64,000 nt of DNA from IMG/VR virus record IMGVR_UViG_3300029922_000001, positions 248,001-312,000 of that record, one strand, 5' to 3'. Both the position numbers and the translations under genes were made by a program. The first letter of the stretch is position 1; the number at the start of each line of letters is the position of its first letter. Under the pieces are notes generated by a model, which worked only from the letters and a program-made list of their open reading frames with translations, did not search any database and was not told where the DNA came from. This document shows, piece after piece, positions 1-7,850 of this stretch.

Positions 1-215
1 TCTGTTTCTATAAACGGCATATGTATTTCTGATCTACAATCCCCTTCTTCGCCACAAAACACAAACGTCGTGAATAAATTAGGACCTCCTGGGAATTGAC
101 GATTTGGATTGATATCTATTGTGTCAATATAAAAACATTGTTTAGCGCCTTCTCTATCCGTATTTTCCGCACCAACTACTCTATATGTTTTTGTTTTAAC
201 TTCACGATCAATCAT
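1..215 (-). CDS. hypothetical protein, partial (runs off window start)
   Basis: Manual translation MIDREVKTKTYRVVG... is open to position 1 and co-oriented with its neighbours. Confidence 0.5.
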   Translation of the reverse strand, partial: MIDREVKTKTYRVVGAENTDREGAKQCFYIDTIDINPNRQFPGGPNLFTTFVFCGEEGDCRSEIHMPFIET

Positions 216-220
216 TTTAT

Positions 221-496
221 TCATCCTTCAACCTCAATAACTTTATTATATTGAATTTGTTCAGATAGCGTGTACTCTACAATTTCTACGGAATTTAAAT
301 ATTCTTTATTAGAAACATTTCTTTGAGGATCATAATAAGAAATGTTTCTAAACTGAGTTAAATGCGCTTTAATATGATTTAACTGTTTCCATATTTTACC
401 TTTTTTGTTAAATAACGGATCTAATCCACCTGTAGAAAATAATCCAGTTTCTTTATTTCTTAATTTATATACTTTCATTGTAAAACTCGAATACAT
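221..496 (-). CDS. hypothetical phage protein
   Basis: ORF track; in a co-oriented run; KVYKLRNKETGLFSTGG motif. Confidence 0.75.
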   Translation of the reverse strand: MYSSFTMKVYKLRNKETGLFSTGGLDPLFNKKGKIWKQLNHIKAHLTQFRNISYYDPQRNVSNKEYLNSVEIVEYTLSEQIQYNKVIEVEG

Positions 497-513
497 TATT
501 AGTATATAATGTA

Positions 514-801
514 TTATTTAATTAATGATTTAGCAGAAACTTCAACTAATTCCACTAAAGATTTTTCACTCAAATATCCACTATTAAATAATTTAACAGA
601 TTGAGCAAGAAATTCAGATTCTTCCAATACCATTTTTTCTGTTAATGGCACAGAATTTCGTAATTTTTCAGCAAGTAAAATTATGGTTTTTCGCAATTCT
701 ACATCTAAATGTTTTCCGTTTTCTAATTTAAATTTAAGTAAATTTAAAGTTTCATTCAATTCGTAATTAATTTCTTCTAGGGTTTCAACAGTGTGTTTCA
801 T
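514..801 (-). CDS. hypothetical protein
   Basis: ORF track; co-oriented run. Confidence 0.7.
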   Translation of the reverse strand: MKHTVETLEEINYELNETLNLLKFKLENGKHLDVELRKTIILLAEKLRNSVPLTEKMVLEESEFLAQSVKLFNSGYLSEKSLVELVEVSAKSLIK

Positions 802-940
802 ATCAAATAATAATTTAATAATTTATATATTCTATACCTTCGGTTTGTTAATGAGTTTTGTCTGCAAATCATATTATATTTAAAATACTAGTAATTTTAC
901 TTGTTTATGGTATATAAATAAAATTATTCTTATCACAATC

Positions 941-1429
941 CTAAGTACTATCTTTAGTTGGATTAACACTAAATAATTCTTTTCTTATTTCCATCCACAA
1001 TTTTCCTAATTGATTTTGTCCATCTTTATTAGGTCCCCATCCCCAAAAATTATCACGCCAACTACACTCTACGATTGCATTATCACCACTAGCTTTAAGT
1101 TTTTTCATAACATACGGATGTTGATTTGCTTTTTCTTTTAAAATTTCTTTCATAATATCAAGTTTAACTTCATCCCAATCAACACGTCTTATATTTTTAT
1201 TTTCCTCAGCCCATTTGAAACAAGCATGTGCTGAAGGCATTTTTCTAATCATATTTTTGATTTTTGGATCGTCAAATTTCTCAGAATGATAAGCGTGTTC
1301 TGATGTTGGATAAATCTTACCCTTCCAATATAGTTGAAATGCAGAAAAATTAGAGAAAATATAATAATCACGTTCATAACAATCAAGGATTGGTAAGTCG
1401 TAATTCGCTAAATCGTGATATTCAATCAT
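941..1429 (-). CDS. NADAR (YbiA-like) family hydrolase
   Basis: FSNFSA...YPTSEHAYHSEKF...LKASGDNAIVECSWRDNFWGWGPNKDGQNQLGKLWMEIR; start moved to the ATG 6 nt after TATAAT. Confidence 0.9.
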   Translation of the reverse strand: MIEYHDLANYDLPILDCYERDYYIFSNFSAFQLYWKGKIYPTSEHAYHSEKFDDPKIKNMIRKMPSAHACFKWAEENKNIRRVDWDEVKLDIMKEILKEKANQHPYVMKKLKASGDNAIVECSWRDNFWGWGPNKDGQNQLGKLWMEIRKELFSVNPTKDST

Positions 1430-1436
1430 GCTATTA

Positions 1437-1697
1437 TTATAAGTAATCTTCATGATATTCTACTACTGGAGTGTTTGATTTAGCTTTAGACTCTTCTTCA
1501 GCTAACATGCCCTTTTGATAAGCCTCATTAAGCAATCTTAAATGTCTAGCTTCATGATCAGTAATCTCTCCATCCATTTGTGAAATTGAATTTATATCTT
1601 GTTCAACATACATCATCTTAGGAGATTCGTTAACGTCCTGAAATAATTTAAGATCGTGTGTTTTGGTTGTATTTTCGTTTATGATATTTGGTTTCAT
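1437..1697 (-). CDS. hypothetical protein
   Basis: ORF track; CATAAT-AAAGC-ATG leaderless start. Confidence 0.7.
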   Translation of the reverse strand: MKPNIINENTTKTHDLKLFQDVNESPKMMYVEQDINSISQMDGEITDHEARHLRLLNEAYQKGMLAEEESKAKSNTPVVEYHEDYL

Positions 1698-1753
1698 GCT
1701 TTATTATGAGCAATAATCACGTAAGAATACCTGTTTTTGGGACTTTTAGAAAT

Positions 1754-2014
1754 TTAATGATGTAAATAAATAATCCTGATAATGCCAAAAACAGCAAAAG
1801 TAGCGACAATTATATTGATGATTGCAGATTGATAAATTTTCTTATGATAAGTTAGAATGAATGCGCCAGTAGCACCCATTAAAACAATAATGTAATAAAT
1901 TACTTGATTGGAATTAATGACATTAAAACTAGATAATGCATAAGAAAGTATTACAAAAAATACACCTATCCAACCAATAAATTCAATGATTTTGTTTTTC
2001 AACTTTGACTTCAT
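1754..2014 (-). CDS. small three-helix membrane protein
   Basis: Three hydrophobic segments; GAGGTATACT-6nt-ATG start. Confidence 0.75.
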   Translation of the reverse strand: MKSKLKNKIIEFIGWIGVFFVILSYALSSFNVINSNQVIYYIIVLMGATGAFILTYHKKIYQSAIINIIVATFAVFGIIRIIYLHH

Positions 2015-2035
2015 TGAATTAGTATACCTCACTCG

Positions 2036-2058
2036 TGGAGGGCTATGTGAGAATCAAA
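2036..2058 (-). pseudogene. 3' remnant of a tRNA gene
   Basis: TTTGATT-CTCAC-ATAGCCC-T-CCA followed by the array trailer CGAG; no recognisable 5' half. Confidence 0.55.
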
Positions 2059-2108
2059 GGAATTTATATTCTTATTTAGAACTTCAATGTATGGAACCTT
2101 TCATATTA

Positions 2109-2207
2109 TTAAATACACCAGATCATCTTAGGAGATTCGTGAACGTCCTGAAATAATTTAAGATCGTGTGTTTTGGCTGGATTTTCGTTTATGACATTTG
2201 TCTTCAT
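2109..2207 (-). pseudogene. 32-aa truncated copy of the 1437-1697 gene start
   Basis: MKTNVINENPAKTHDLKLFQDVHESPKMIWCI* versus MKPNIINENTTKTHDLKLFQDVNESPKMM. Confidence 0.6.
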
Positions 2208-2234
2208 GCTTTATTATGAGTAAAAATACCAGTT

Positions 2235-2585
2235 TTATACGCAGGTTTTAAGTTTGTTATTAAGGCGTTTAAACAATAAATAAACATCATTCTTGTCAGA
2301 ATCGCTAATTTCCATACCCCAATAACAATTATATCCTGCTCTATGAGAACAGCCGCAGAATAAAATCTTTTGGTCGCGTTTAACGCATACATCAAAACTA
2401 CCCTCCCTGGTATTATAACCGTAATTTAAAGTTAACCCCATTTTAGAAACATCTTCAAAATCAACATTATGTGAATTAAGATCGCTTATTGTCTTAACAA
2501 AATTATGCAACATTACATTTTCGGGATTATAATTTTCCTCAAAATATGGGCTTGTTGTTTCTTGGAAATCTTCAAAAGTTCTCAT
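2235..2585 (-). CDS. hypothetical protein
   Basis: ORF track. Confidence 0.7.
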   Translation of the reverse strand: MRTFEDFQETTSPYFEENYNPENVMLHNFVKTISDLNSHNVDFEDVSKMGLTLNYGYNTREGSFDVCVKRDQKILFCGCSHRAGYNCYWGMEISDSDKNDVYLLFKRLNNKLKTCV

Positions 2586-2598
2586 AATTTATTATAAA

Positions 2599-3261
2599 TC
2601 AATCTTTTAGTTCCCAGCCCAATTTTATTAATTTCTTGCATAAATCTTTCCAGTGGGCTGCACCGTAATGGATATACATATTGCCTTCTTGCTCTTTAAT
2701 GTGTTTAATTAAAATATCATTTCTTTCGTAAAGAACCATTTTGTATGTTATTATAAATAAAATTGTATCAATCAATTCCATTAAAAAACATTTCATAAAA
2801 TCAGGTAGCATTTTAAATAATTTTTTAATATTTTTGTAGTTTGCAAATAATAACCAGTAAATAATTTTATGTTTTACAATTATAGCTATGCTTTTTTCTG
2901 CATGTTCCTGAAAACTCATATCCGCTAAAATATATTTATTGTCTTTGAAACGTTGAATTGTGTTGCCTTCTCCAAAGTCTAGATATTCAAAAGTTTGGTT
3001 TTGGAATTTAAGTTTGTTGGAAAACCTGCGTGAGTTACTGATGTTTTTAAATCTATCGTAAATGCAAAAAATTCTTTCATCTAAAGTTTTGTATCTTAAA
3101 TTACCATCACCATAATATAGACCCTCAAATAGAAAAATGTAATTTTGATTGGTGTAAAACTCTATATCTTTTTGTATTTTTTGATATTTTTCTTTAGTGT
3201 CAAAATGCGTCATGCCTTGAAAAACTATAGTTTGATTATTTTTGTGAAGAATTTTTTTCAT
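2599..3261 (-). CDS. hypothetical protein, possibly TraB/GumN-like
   Basis: GMTH, LFEG, ERND and YGAAH motifs resemble the TraB family (weak). Confidence 0.5.
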   Translation of the reverse strand: MKKILHKNNQTIVFQGMTHFDTKEKYQKIQKDIEFYTNQNYIFLFEGLYYGDGNLRYKTLDERIFCIYDRFKNISNSRRFSNKLKFQNQTFEYLDFGEGNTIQRFKDNKYILADMSFQEHAEKSIAIIVKHKIIYWLLFANYKNIKKLFKMLPDFMKCFLMELIDTILFIITYKMVLYERNDILIKHIKEQEGNMYIHYGAAHWKDLCKKLIKLGWELKD

Positions 3262-3424
3262 TGCGAATTGGGATTTCTATGGTGAATTTTGCGCCTGAGT
3301 TTATTAATTCAGTATTTGAGACGATTAATTTTAAAATATGATCAAATTCTTCTTTATTAATATCTTTATTTATTAATAAAAAACCAGCTTTCATCGCCAT
3401 ATCATATGCTTTGTTGTTGTTCAT
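3236..3424 (-). CDS. hypothetical protein
   Basis: Start moved out of the overlapping tRNA to MNNNKAYDM. Confidence 0.6.
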   Translation of the reverse strand: MNNNKAYDMAMKAGFLLINKDINKEEFDHILKLIVSNTELINSGAKFTIEIPIRNEKNSSQK

Positions 3425-3434
3425 AAGTACTCGG

Positions 3435-3524
3435 AGGGGCATACTAGAATCAAACTAGTTCATAACGCATTTGCTAGATCATTAACCTAGCAGTGCGTCG
3501 CGATTCTCATTTCGCCAATGCCCC
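3435..3524 (-). tRNA. tRNA-Cys(GCA)-like gene with a 17-nt hairpin insertion in the anticodon loop
   Basis: GGGGCAT/ATGCCCC acceptor, U73, stem ACGCA/TGCGT around the 24-nt loop CTGCTAGGTTAATGATCTAGCAAA. Confidence 0.8.
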
Positions 3525-3534
3525 AAACTCTCGG

Positions 3535-3610
3535 AGCGCGGAGGGAGAATCGAACTCAACCGAATAATGGTTTTGCAGACCATTCCAATTAACCACTCTG
3601 GTACCCGCGC
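3535..3610 (-). tRNA. tRNA-Cys(GCA)
   Basis: GCGCGGG acceptor, ATGGT-CTGCAAA-ACCAT arm, TTCGATT loop; T-stem has mismatches. Confidence 0.85.
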
Positions 3611-3632
3611 ATATTTATCTCGCTGAGGTTCT

Positions 3633-4313
3633 TTATACCTCATATTGCTTCATTAATTCTGGATCACTTTGAGCCGCTATCCATTTATCATATTCTTCAA
3701 TTTGCTCTTTAATTTGTTCAGCACTATCTGCTGTTTTAGATTGGCAACTTTTAATGTCGTTTAATTTACTAAATAATGATTCCACAAGAGGATGTTTTGG
3801 TAAATAACATATTCCCTTAGAAGCATAATAATCAATTAATTCTTTTTGTTTAAGTTTTGATTCTAATTTATTTTCTTCTGAACATGAACACTTTGGATGA
3901 AATGCGTTATACATTCTCATATCTTCAATTCTATTTTCTTCAGTGTAAGCACTACAATTAAACAAAATTTCATCATCTTTATCATCCAACTCTAACAGAT
4001 TAATTAATTCTTTAATTTTATAAGTTGGTCGATTTTGCTTGTACCAATCCGATTTTTCGTTCTCTTGATTATTTATTAATAAATTCTGTTTTAATGATGG
4101 TATTAATTTTTCAAAAACCTCATGTAGTGTACTTCCTTTAATTTGCACTCTACCAGCAGGTTGAAAATTTAAATTAAATTTAATATTGCCTTTTTTGGAC
4201 ATTGTTAAAGTCATATGATTCGTTCCACCCATGTTACTTAATCCATCTGGACAATTTTGTAAAAACTCTTTTAATATTTTTAATGTTTTATCTATATTCA
4301 TTTCCTTTACCAA
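3633..4313 (-). CDS. hypothetical protein
   Basis: ORF track; lies between tRNA blocks. Confidence 0.75.
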   Translation of the reverse strand: MVKEMNIDKTLKILKEFLQNCPDGLSNMGGTNHMTLTMSKKGNIKFNLNFQPAGRVQIKGSTLHEVFEKLIPSLKQNLLINNQENEKSDWYKQNRPTYKIKELINLLELDDKDDEILFNCSAYTEENRIEDMRMYNAFHPKCSCSEENKLESKLKQKELIDYYASKGICYLPKHPLVESLFSKLNDIKSCQSKTADSAEQIKEQIEEYDKWIAAQSDPELMKQYEV

Positions 4314-4648
4314 GATATTGTTAACTGATAACTTTCATAACTTTCATATCCTTCGTATTCACGATCCTTTACAAGAACAACACCATATTCTTCGTCTTCA
4401 AAAAACTTTTTAACATTACAGGCAATTTGATAATTATATAATGTCTCCGTATGACATTCATACTCACCCCTTTTGGCATGTTTTTCAATTAATTTTTTAC
4501 ATTCATCAATGGTAGTTATTTCTAACTGTTGAAGTCGTAGTTTTTCAGATTGAGCGAATTGTCTTTCTTCTTCTTCAAGAGCAAGTCTTCTTGCTTCAAT
4601 TTGTTCTTTAGCTTCTTGAGTTAATCTTCTTGCTTCTTGGATGTTCAT
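4307..4648 (-). CDS. hypothetical coiled-coil protein
   Basis: ORF track; AGGTATAAT-7nt-ATG. Confidence 0.75.
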   Translation of the reverse strand: MNIQEARRLTQEAKEQIEARRLALEEEERQFAQSEKLRLQQLEITTIDECKKLIEKHAKRGEYECHTETLYNYQIACNVKKFFEDEEYGVVLVKDREYEGYESYESYQLTISW

Positions 4649-4656
4649 TGTAACTA

Positions 4657-4803
4657 TTATACCTTACGACGAATTCGTATGAGAGTATTATCTACTTCTT
4701 TTCTTGTGATACCTAAAAAAGCAGCAATTGCACGATAAGATTTATTTAAACCATAAGCAATATAAACCTTGGTTTCATTTTGAGTTAATTCTAAATTATT
4801 CAT
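4657..4803 (-). CDS. 48-aa stand-alone sigma-70 region 4-like HTH protein (not in ORF track)
   Basis: MNNLELTQNETKVYIAYGLNKSYRAIAAFLGITRKEVDNTLIRIRRKV; TGCTATAAT-7nt-ATG; resembles the SigH C-terminus. Confidence 0.7.
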   Translation of the reverse strand: MNNLELTQNETKVYIAYGLNKSYRAIAAFLGITRKEVDNTLIRIRRKV

Positions 4804-4828
4804 AAGTGTATTATAGCATATTTTCTCG

Positions 4829-4917
4829 CGGGAGCTTAGAGATTCGAACTCTAAAGGCGCTTTTTACACGCCTAGCTGTTTTCAAGACAGTTTACCGTCA
4901 CCAATGGCAGAACTCCC
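4829..4917 (-). tRNA. tRNA-Ser(TGA)
   Basis: Cloverleaf with CT-TGA-AA loop, long V-arm, G73. Confidence 0.9.
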
Positions 4918-4926
4918 GTATTATTT

Positions 4927-5013
4927 CGCGGTAAGTAAAATATTCGAATTCGATTCAAAGAATATGAAGACAAACTTTGTTTAATTATTGATTCTATTTT
5001 AGGTAGACTTAAC
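4927..5013 (-). pseudogene. possible decayed tRNA
   Basis: tRNA-sized spacer with GTTAAGT/ACTTACC ends, TTCGAAT and a G-CGAAA trailer; internal arms do not fold. Confidence 0.35.
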
Positions 5014-5025
5014 AATTAAACATCT

Positions 5026-5113
5026 CGAAGACACCAGAATCGAACTGGACTCGCTTTTTACACGAGCGAACAACTTTCCAGGTTGCCGTCATCACCATCA
5101 GACATTATCTTCC
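5026..5113 (-). tRNA. tRNA-Ser(GGA), 3' acceptor end imperfect
   Basis: GCAAC-CTGGAAA-GTTGT arm, long V-arm; the 3' end runs directly into CGAGA. Confidence 0.75.
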
Positions 5114-5125
5114 ATATTATCTCGG

Positions 5126-5198
5126 AGCGCCAAATTGGAATCGAACCAATTTCCTATTGCTTACCAAGCAATCGTTCACCCACATGAACTTTAAGCGC
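5126..5198 (-). tRNA. tRNA-Thr(GGT)
   Basis: ATTGC-TTGGTAA-GCAAT arm; complete cloverleaf. Confidence 0.9.
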
Positions 5199-5208
5199 AT
5201 ATATCTCG

Positions 5209-5282
5209 TGGAGGCTCAATAGAGAATCAAACTCTACTCTGCGGTTTACAAAACCGCTGCATCGTCACAATGCTTTAAAGCC
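5209..5282 (-). tRNA. tRNA-Thr(TGT), CCA encoded
   Basis: GCGGT-TTTGTAA-ACCGC arm; complete cloverleaf. Confidence 0.9.
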
Positions 5283-5295
5283 ATATTATCTCGTA

Positions 5296-5394
5296 AGCCT
5301 AGTATCTGATTCGAACAGATGATGTTTGTATTCTTACTTGTTCTATTTTTTAACACAACAAGGTAAGTGCAATCGACCGCTATGCAAACTAGGC
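5296..5394 (-). tRNA. tRNA-Thr(TGT)-like gene with an 18-nt insertion in the anticodon loop
   Basis: GCCTAGT/ACTAGGC acceptor, U73, CTTAC/GTAAG stem around the 25-nt loop CTTGT[TGTGTTAAAAAATAGAAC]AA. Confidence 0.7.
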
Positions 5395-5405
5395 ATTTTA
5401 TCTCG

Positions 5406-5494
5406 TGGAGGAAGGCAGCGGGATCGAACCGCAGACGTATTTCAGTCCGTATAGTTTAGCAAACTATCCTAATCGCCGTTTTAGATTACCTTCC
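5406..5494 (-). tRNA. tRNA-Ser(GCT), CCA encoded
   Basis: ATAGT-TTGCTAA-ACTAT arm, long V-arm. Confidence 0.9.
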
Positions 5495-5502
5495 ATTATC
5501 TC

Positions 5503-5586
5503 GGCTAACGGGGAGATTCAAACTCCCGAAGGTTTTCACCGATGCATTACGAGTGCATTCCAATTGATCAACTATGGGACGTTAGC
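5503..5586 (-). tRNA. tRNA-Thr(CGT) with an atypical long variable arm
   Basis: GCTAACG/CGTTAGC acceptor, ATGCA-CTCGTAA-TGCAT arm, V-arm GGT-GAAA-ACC. Confidence 0.8.
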
Positions 5587-5910
5587 ATTTAACATTTCTA
5601 CATATCTAACTAAAACCTGACCGTGACACCTTTCTTGTTCGCCCCAACCAGTTTTAGGTCTACAAAAGCATACCAATTTTTTATTATGTAAGGATTTTAC
5701 CTTATCTTTGAATATTAAATCAGTTTCTAATCTATTTTTTAGATATTTTTCATATTCTGGTAAAGTAGAACTAGGAACTTGACCTGGAGATAATACTATT
5801 GGATTGCCAAAATATCCACTCTGTCCTTTCCCTGCTCTACCTATGTAGACATATTCAGAATCTTGTTCCCAACCCTTGTTGAGATGATATAAATTTACTA
5901 CTTCAGTCAT
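5572..5910 (-). CDS. DUF4326-type protein
   Basis: VYIGR...FGNP...LHNKKLVCFCRP...CHGQVL. Confidence 0.8.
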   Translation of the reverse strand: MTEVVNLYHLNKGWEQDSEYVYIGRAGKGQSGYFGNPIVLSPGQVPSSTLPEYEKYLKNRLETDLIFKDKVKSLHNKKLVCFCRPKTGWGEQERCHGQVLVRYVEMLNANVP

Positions 5911-6463
5911 TGACTTCCTCTATATATGCTGGTGGCACATATTCTGTTAACCATACACCATTTTCAGAACGATAAAAAACAAATCTATTCAAATCCATTT
6001 GCTTTGAATCCACCTTCAATAGTGCATACTTTCCTCTTCTAGAACCAACATTAATTGCTGTTTCTATGTTTTCAGAAAGATGAACCGCATGACGATACAT
6101 CTTCTTAATTCCTTCCTCTAAAATCATTGGTACAGCATCATATGTTGTACCATGATAAAGAATGGCAGGAGGATTCAATGGAACTAACTGAAGATCAACT
6201 TCACAAGAATGACCTTGATTGGCTCTAATTCTTGCTCCTGATTCATCATAAGAATATCTTTGCTTATTATTTTCCGTCACTAACTGATCTAAATCAGCCT
6301 TTGTGATGTTAATATTAAACTTTTTCAAACCGTCTAATAGTTGTGTTACGAATACATAACCTCCAAGATCAAGCTTTTCAACTCCAATCTTTTGTGGCTC
6401 ATGTCGCAATATTAACGAAATAAACTTTCCTATTCTTTTAAATTCACGTTCATCCTTAATCAT
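5903..6463 (-). CDS. kptA: RNA 2'-phosphotransferase (Tpt1/KptA)
   Basis: ISLILRHEP, NNKQRY, RIRANQGHS, LYHGT, RHAVHLS, SENGVWLTEYVPP. Confidence 0.95.
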   Translation of the reverse strand: MIKDEREFKRIGKFISLILRHEPQKIGVEKLDLGGYVFVTQLLDGLKKFNINITKADLDQLVTENNKQRYSYDESGARIRANQGHSCEVDLQLVPLNPPAILYHGTTYDAVPMILEEGIKKMYRHAVHLSENIETAINVGSRRGKYALLKVDSKQMDLNRFVFYRSENGVWLTEYVPPAYIEEVND

Positions 6464-6485
6464 GTTCTTTTCCCTAACAATGCCC

Positions 6486-7016
6486 TTACTTTTTAGGTAA
6501 GAGCATTACTGTCATTTGTTTCCCTTGTAAGAGAATTTCCCTATCTACAGTTACAATATCATTTAGTTTTTCCAAACAATATTCCAACTTTTGCTTTCCA
6601 ATATGAGGGTGAGCGAGTTCTTTTGTTTTGAACTTGCAAACCAACTGCACTTTGTCATGCTTCCCAATAAATTCAACCGCTTTACGAATTGACGTATCCA
6701 AGTCATGTACAGCCGTATTAGGGCTAATACAAAGTGTTTTAAGTTCTTGAGGCTTTTTACGGTTGTCTTTTGCACGTTTTGCCTCTTCATACTTATATTT
6801 GCCATAGCTTACGATTTTGCAGATAGGTGGTTGTACCTTATCAGATACGCACAACAAATCTAAACCAGCATCATATGCTATTTGGATTGCATCCTTCGTG
6901 GGCATTACACCAATATTTTTGTTATTAGCGTCAATGACCGTTACTTCGGTAAATTGCTTAATGAGTCTTTCATTAAGGGGTGGGAATTCTCTGCGATTAC
7001 TTTTTTTCATCATCAT
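6486..7016 (-). CDS. infC: translation initiation factor IF-3
   Basis: LNERL...AGLDLLCVS...PPICKIVSYGKYKYEE...HDL...DKVQL...GKQMTVMLLP. Confidence 0.93.
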   Translation of the reverse strand: MMMKKSNRREFPPLNERLIKQFTEVTVIDANNKNIGVMPTKDAIQIAYDAGLDLLCVSDKVQPPICKIVSYGKYKYEEAKRAKDNRKKPQELKTLCISPNTAVHDLDTSIRKAVEFIGKHDKVQLVCKFKTKELAHPHIGKQKLEYCLEKLNDIVTVDREILLQGKQMTVMLLPKK

Positions 7017-7105
7017 AATAGATTGACCTATTATACCAGGGTATTCTTCTTCATTACAATCTTTCTCTATTCAATTTTCAATGTGCTTGAGTTTTAATTC
7101 TCGGT

Positions 7106-7150
7106 AAATAAAAAACAGGAAGTCCGACTTAGGTCTGTCGGACTTCCTGT
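7106..7150 (-). terminator. intrinsic terminator of the Thr/Ser/Cys leader (attenuator 3:4)
   Basis: 14-bp perfect stem ACAGGAAGTCCGAC/GTCGGACTTCCTGT followed by TTTTTATTT. Confidence 0.9.
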
Positions 7151-7173
7151 TGAATCTTTCTATTTGGTTTTCT

Positions 7174-7263
7174 TTATGCTTGCCCGACAACAGCATTTCT
7201 ACAGCTTCCACAACTTGTGGAACTGGTAGTACTTGATGTTGATGTTGACGTGACTAATTTCAT
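7174..7263 (-). CDS. 29-aa Thr/Ser/Cys-rich leader peptide (putative attenuator; not in ORF track)
   Basis: MKLVTSTSTSSTTSSTSCGSCRNAVVGQA*; GGTATAAT promoter upstream; terminator 23 nt after the stop. Confidence 0.85.
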   Translation of the reverse strand: MKLVTSTSTSSTTSSTSCGSCRNAVVGQA

Positions 7264-7303
7264 TTTAACCTGCTACGTTTATTATACCCAATGTTTTGAT
7301 TGT

Positions 7304-7837
7304 TTACCATGTTTTTTTGCTTTTACCATCAAAACCTGTTTCTTTTAAGATTCTATCCCAAATTTCTTCTTTTGGAGTGTTCCCTAAATATGGATCTTTT
7401 GCCCAATTCAAGTTGGTAATTTCTAGTATAACAGGAAATGGTGGAGTATAGGCTTCAGCTTCTTCTAAAGAAGAAAATTCCATTTCCATACTAAGCAAAT
7501 AATGTCTATGGATCATATATTCATTAATTTCTTCACCGCTAGATAAAAAAGTTCTTCGTTTTTCAACTCTTTTCATTTTTGGTATTAAATTGTAATTATA
7601 AAACCAATTAAAAAGAAAAATTGGGATTTTAATATTGTATTCTTTTCTGACCAAAGGATCTGAGGTTTTTAATTTAAAAGTTAATTCGCATTTATTTGAA
7701 ACTGAATATGTTTTACGAATGCGACAACTTTTAAAAAATGGAAAATATCCTTGTGAAATGTATACGTTGTGTGTTTGAGTATCCCAAGGAATATCATTTT
7801 GATTTACTATAAACTTGCGTTCAATTTCATTAGCCAT
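7304..7837 (-). CDS. CYTH / triphosphate tunnel metalloenzyme
   Basis: EIERKFIV, ISQGY, RIRK, ELTFK, RKEYNIKI, EMEF. Confidence 0.85.
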   Translation of the reverse strand: MANEIERKFIVNQNDIPWDTQTHNVYISQGYFPFFKSCRIRKTYSVSNKCELTFKLKTSDPLVRKEYNIKIPIFLFNWFYNYNLIPKMKRVEKRRTFLSSGEEINEYMIHRHYLLSMEMEFSSLEEAEAYTPPFPVILEITNLNWAKDPYLGNTPKEEIWDRILKETGFDGKSKKTW

Positions 7838-7850
7838 GCTTTAGTATACT

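Larger units (their letters stand above)
1612..2220. repeat. 99-bp near-identical direct repeat (1612-1710 and 2122-2220) covering a promoter and gene start
   Basis: atcatcttaggagattcgt...catgctttattatgag appears twice, 510 bp apart. Confidence 0.95.

Noticed and set aside
3435-3524. Group I intron in the anticodon loops
   Set aside because: Inserts of 17-18 nt cannot form a ribozyme core.
7174-7263. Ser/Thr/Cys-rich peptide as a RiPP (thiopeptide or lanthipeptide) precursor
   Set aside because: No YcaO, Lan or radical-SAM maturase lies nearby and there is no leader/core split. The terminator/antiterminator and matching tRNAs explain the composition better.
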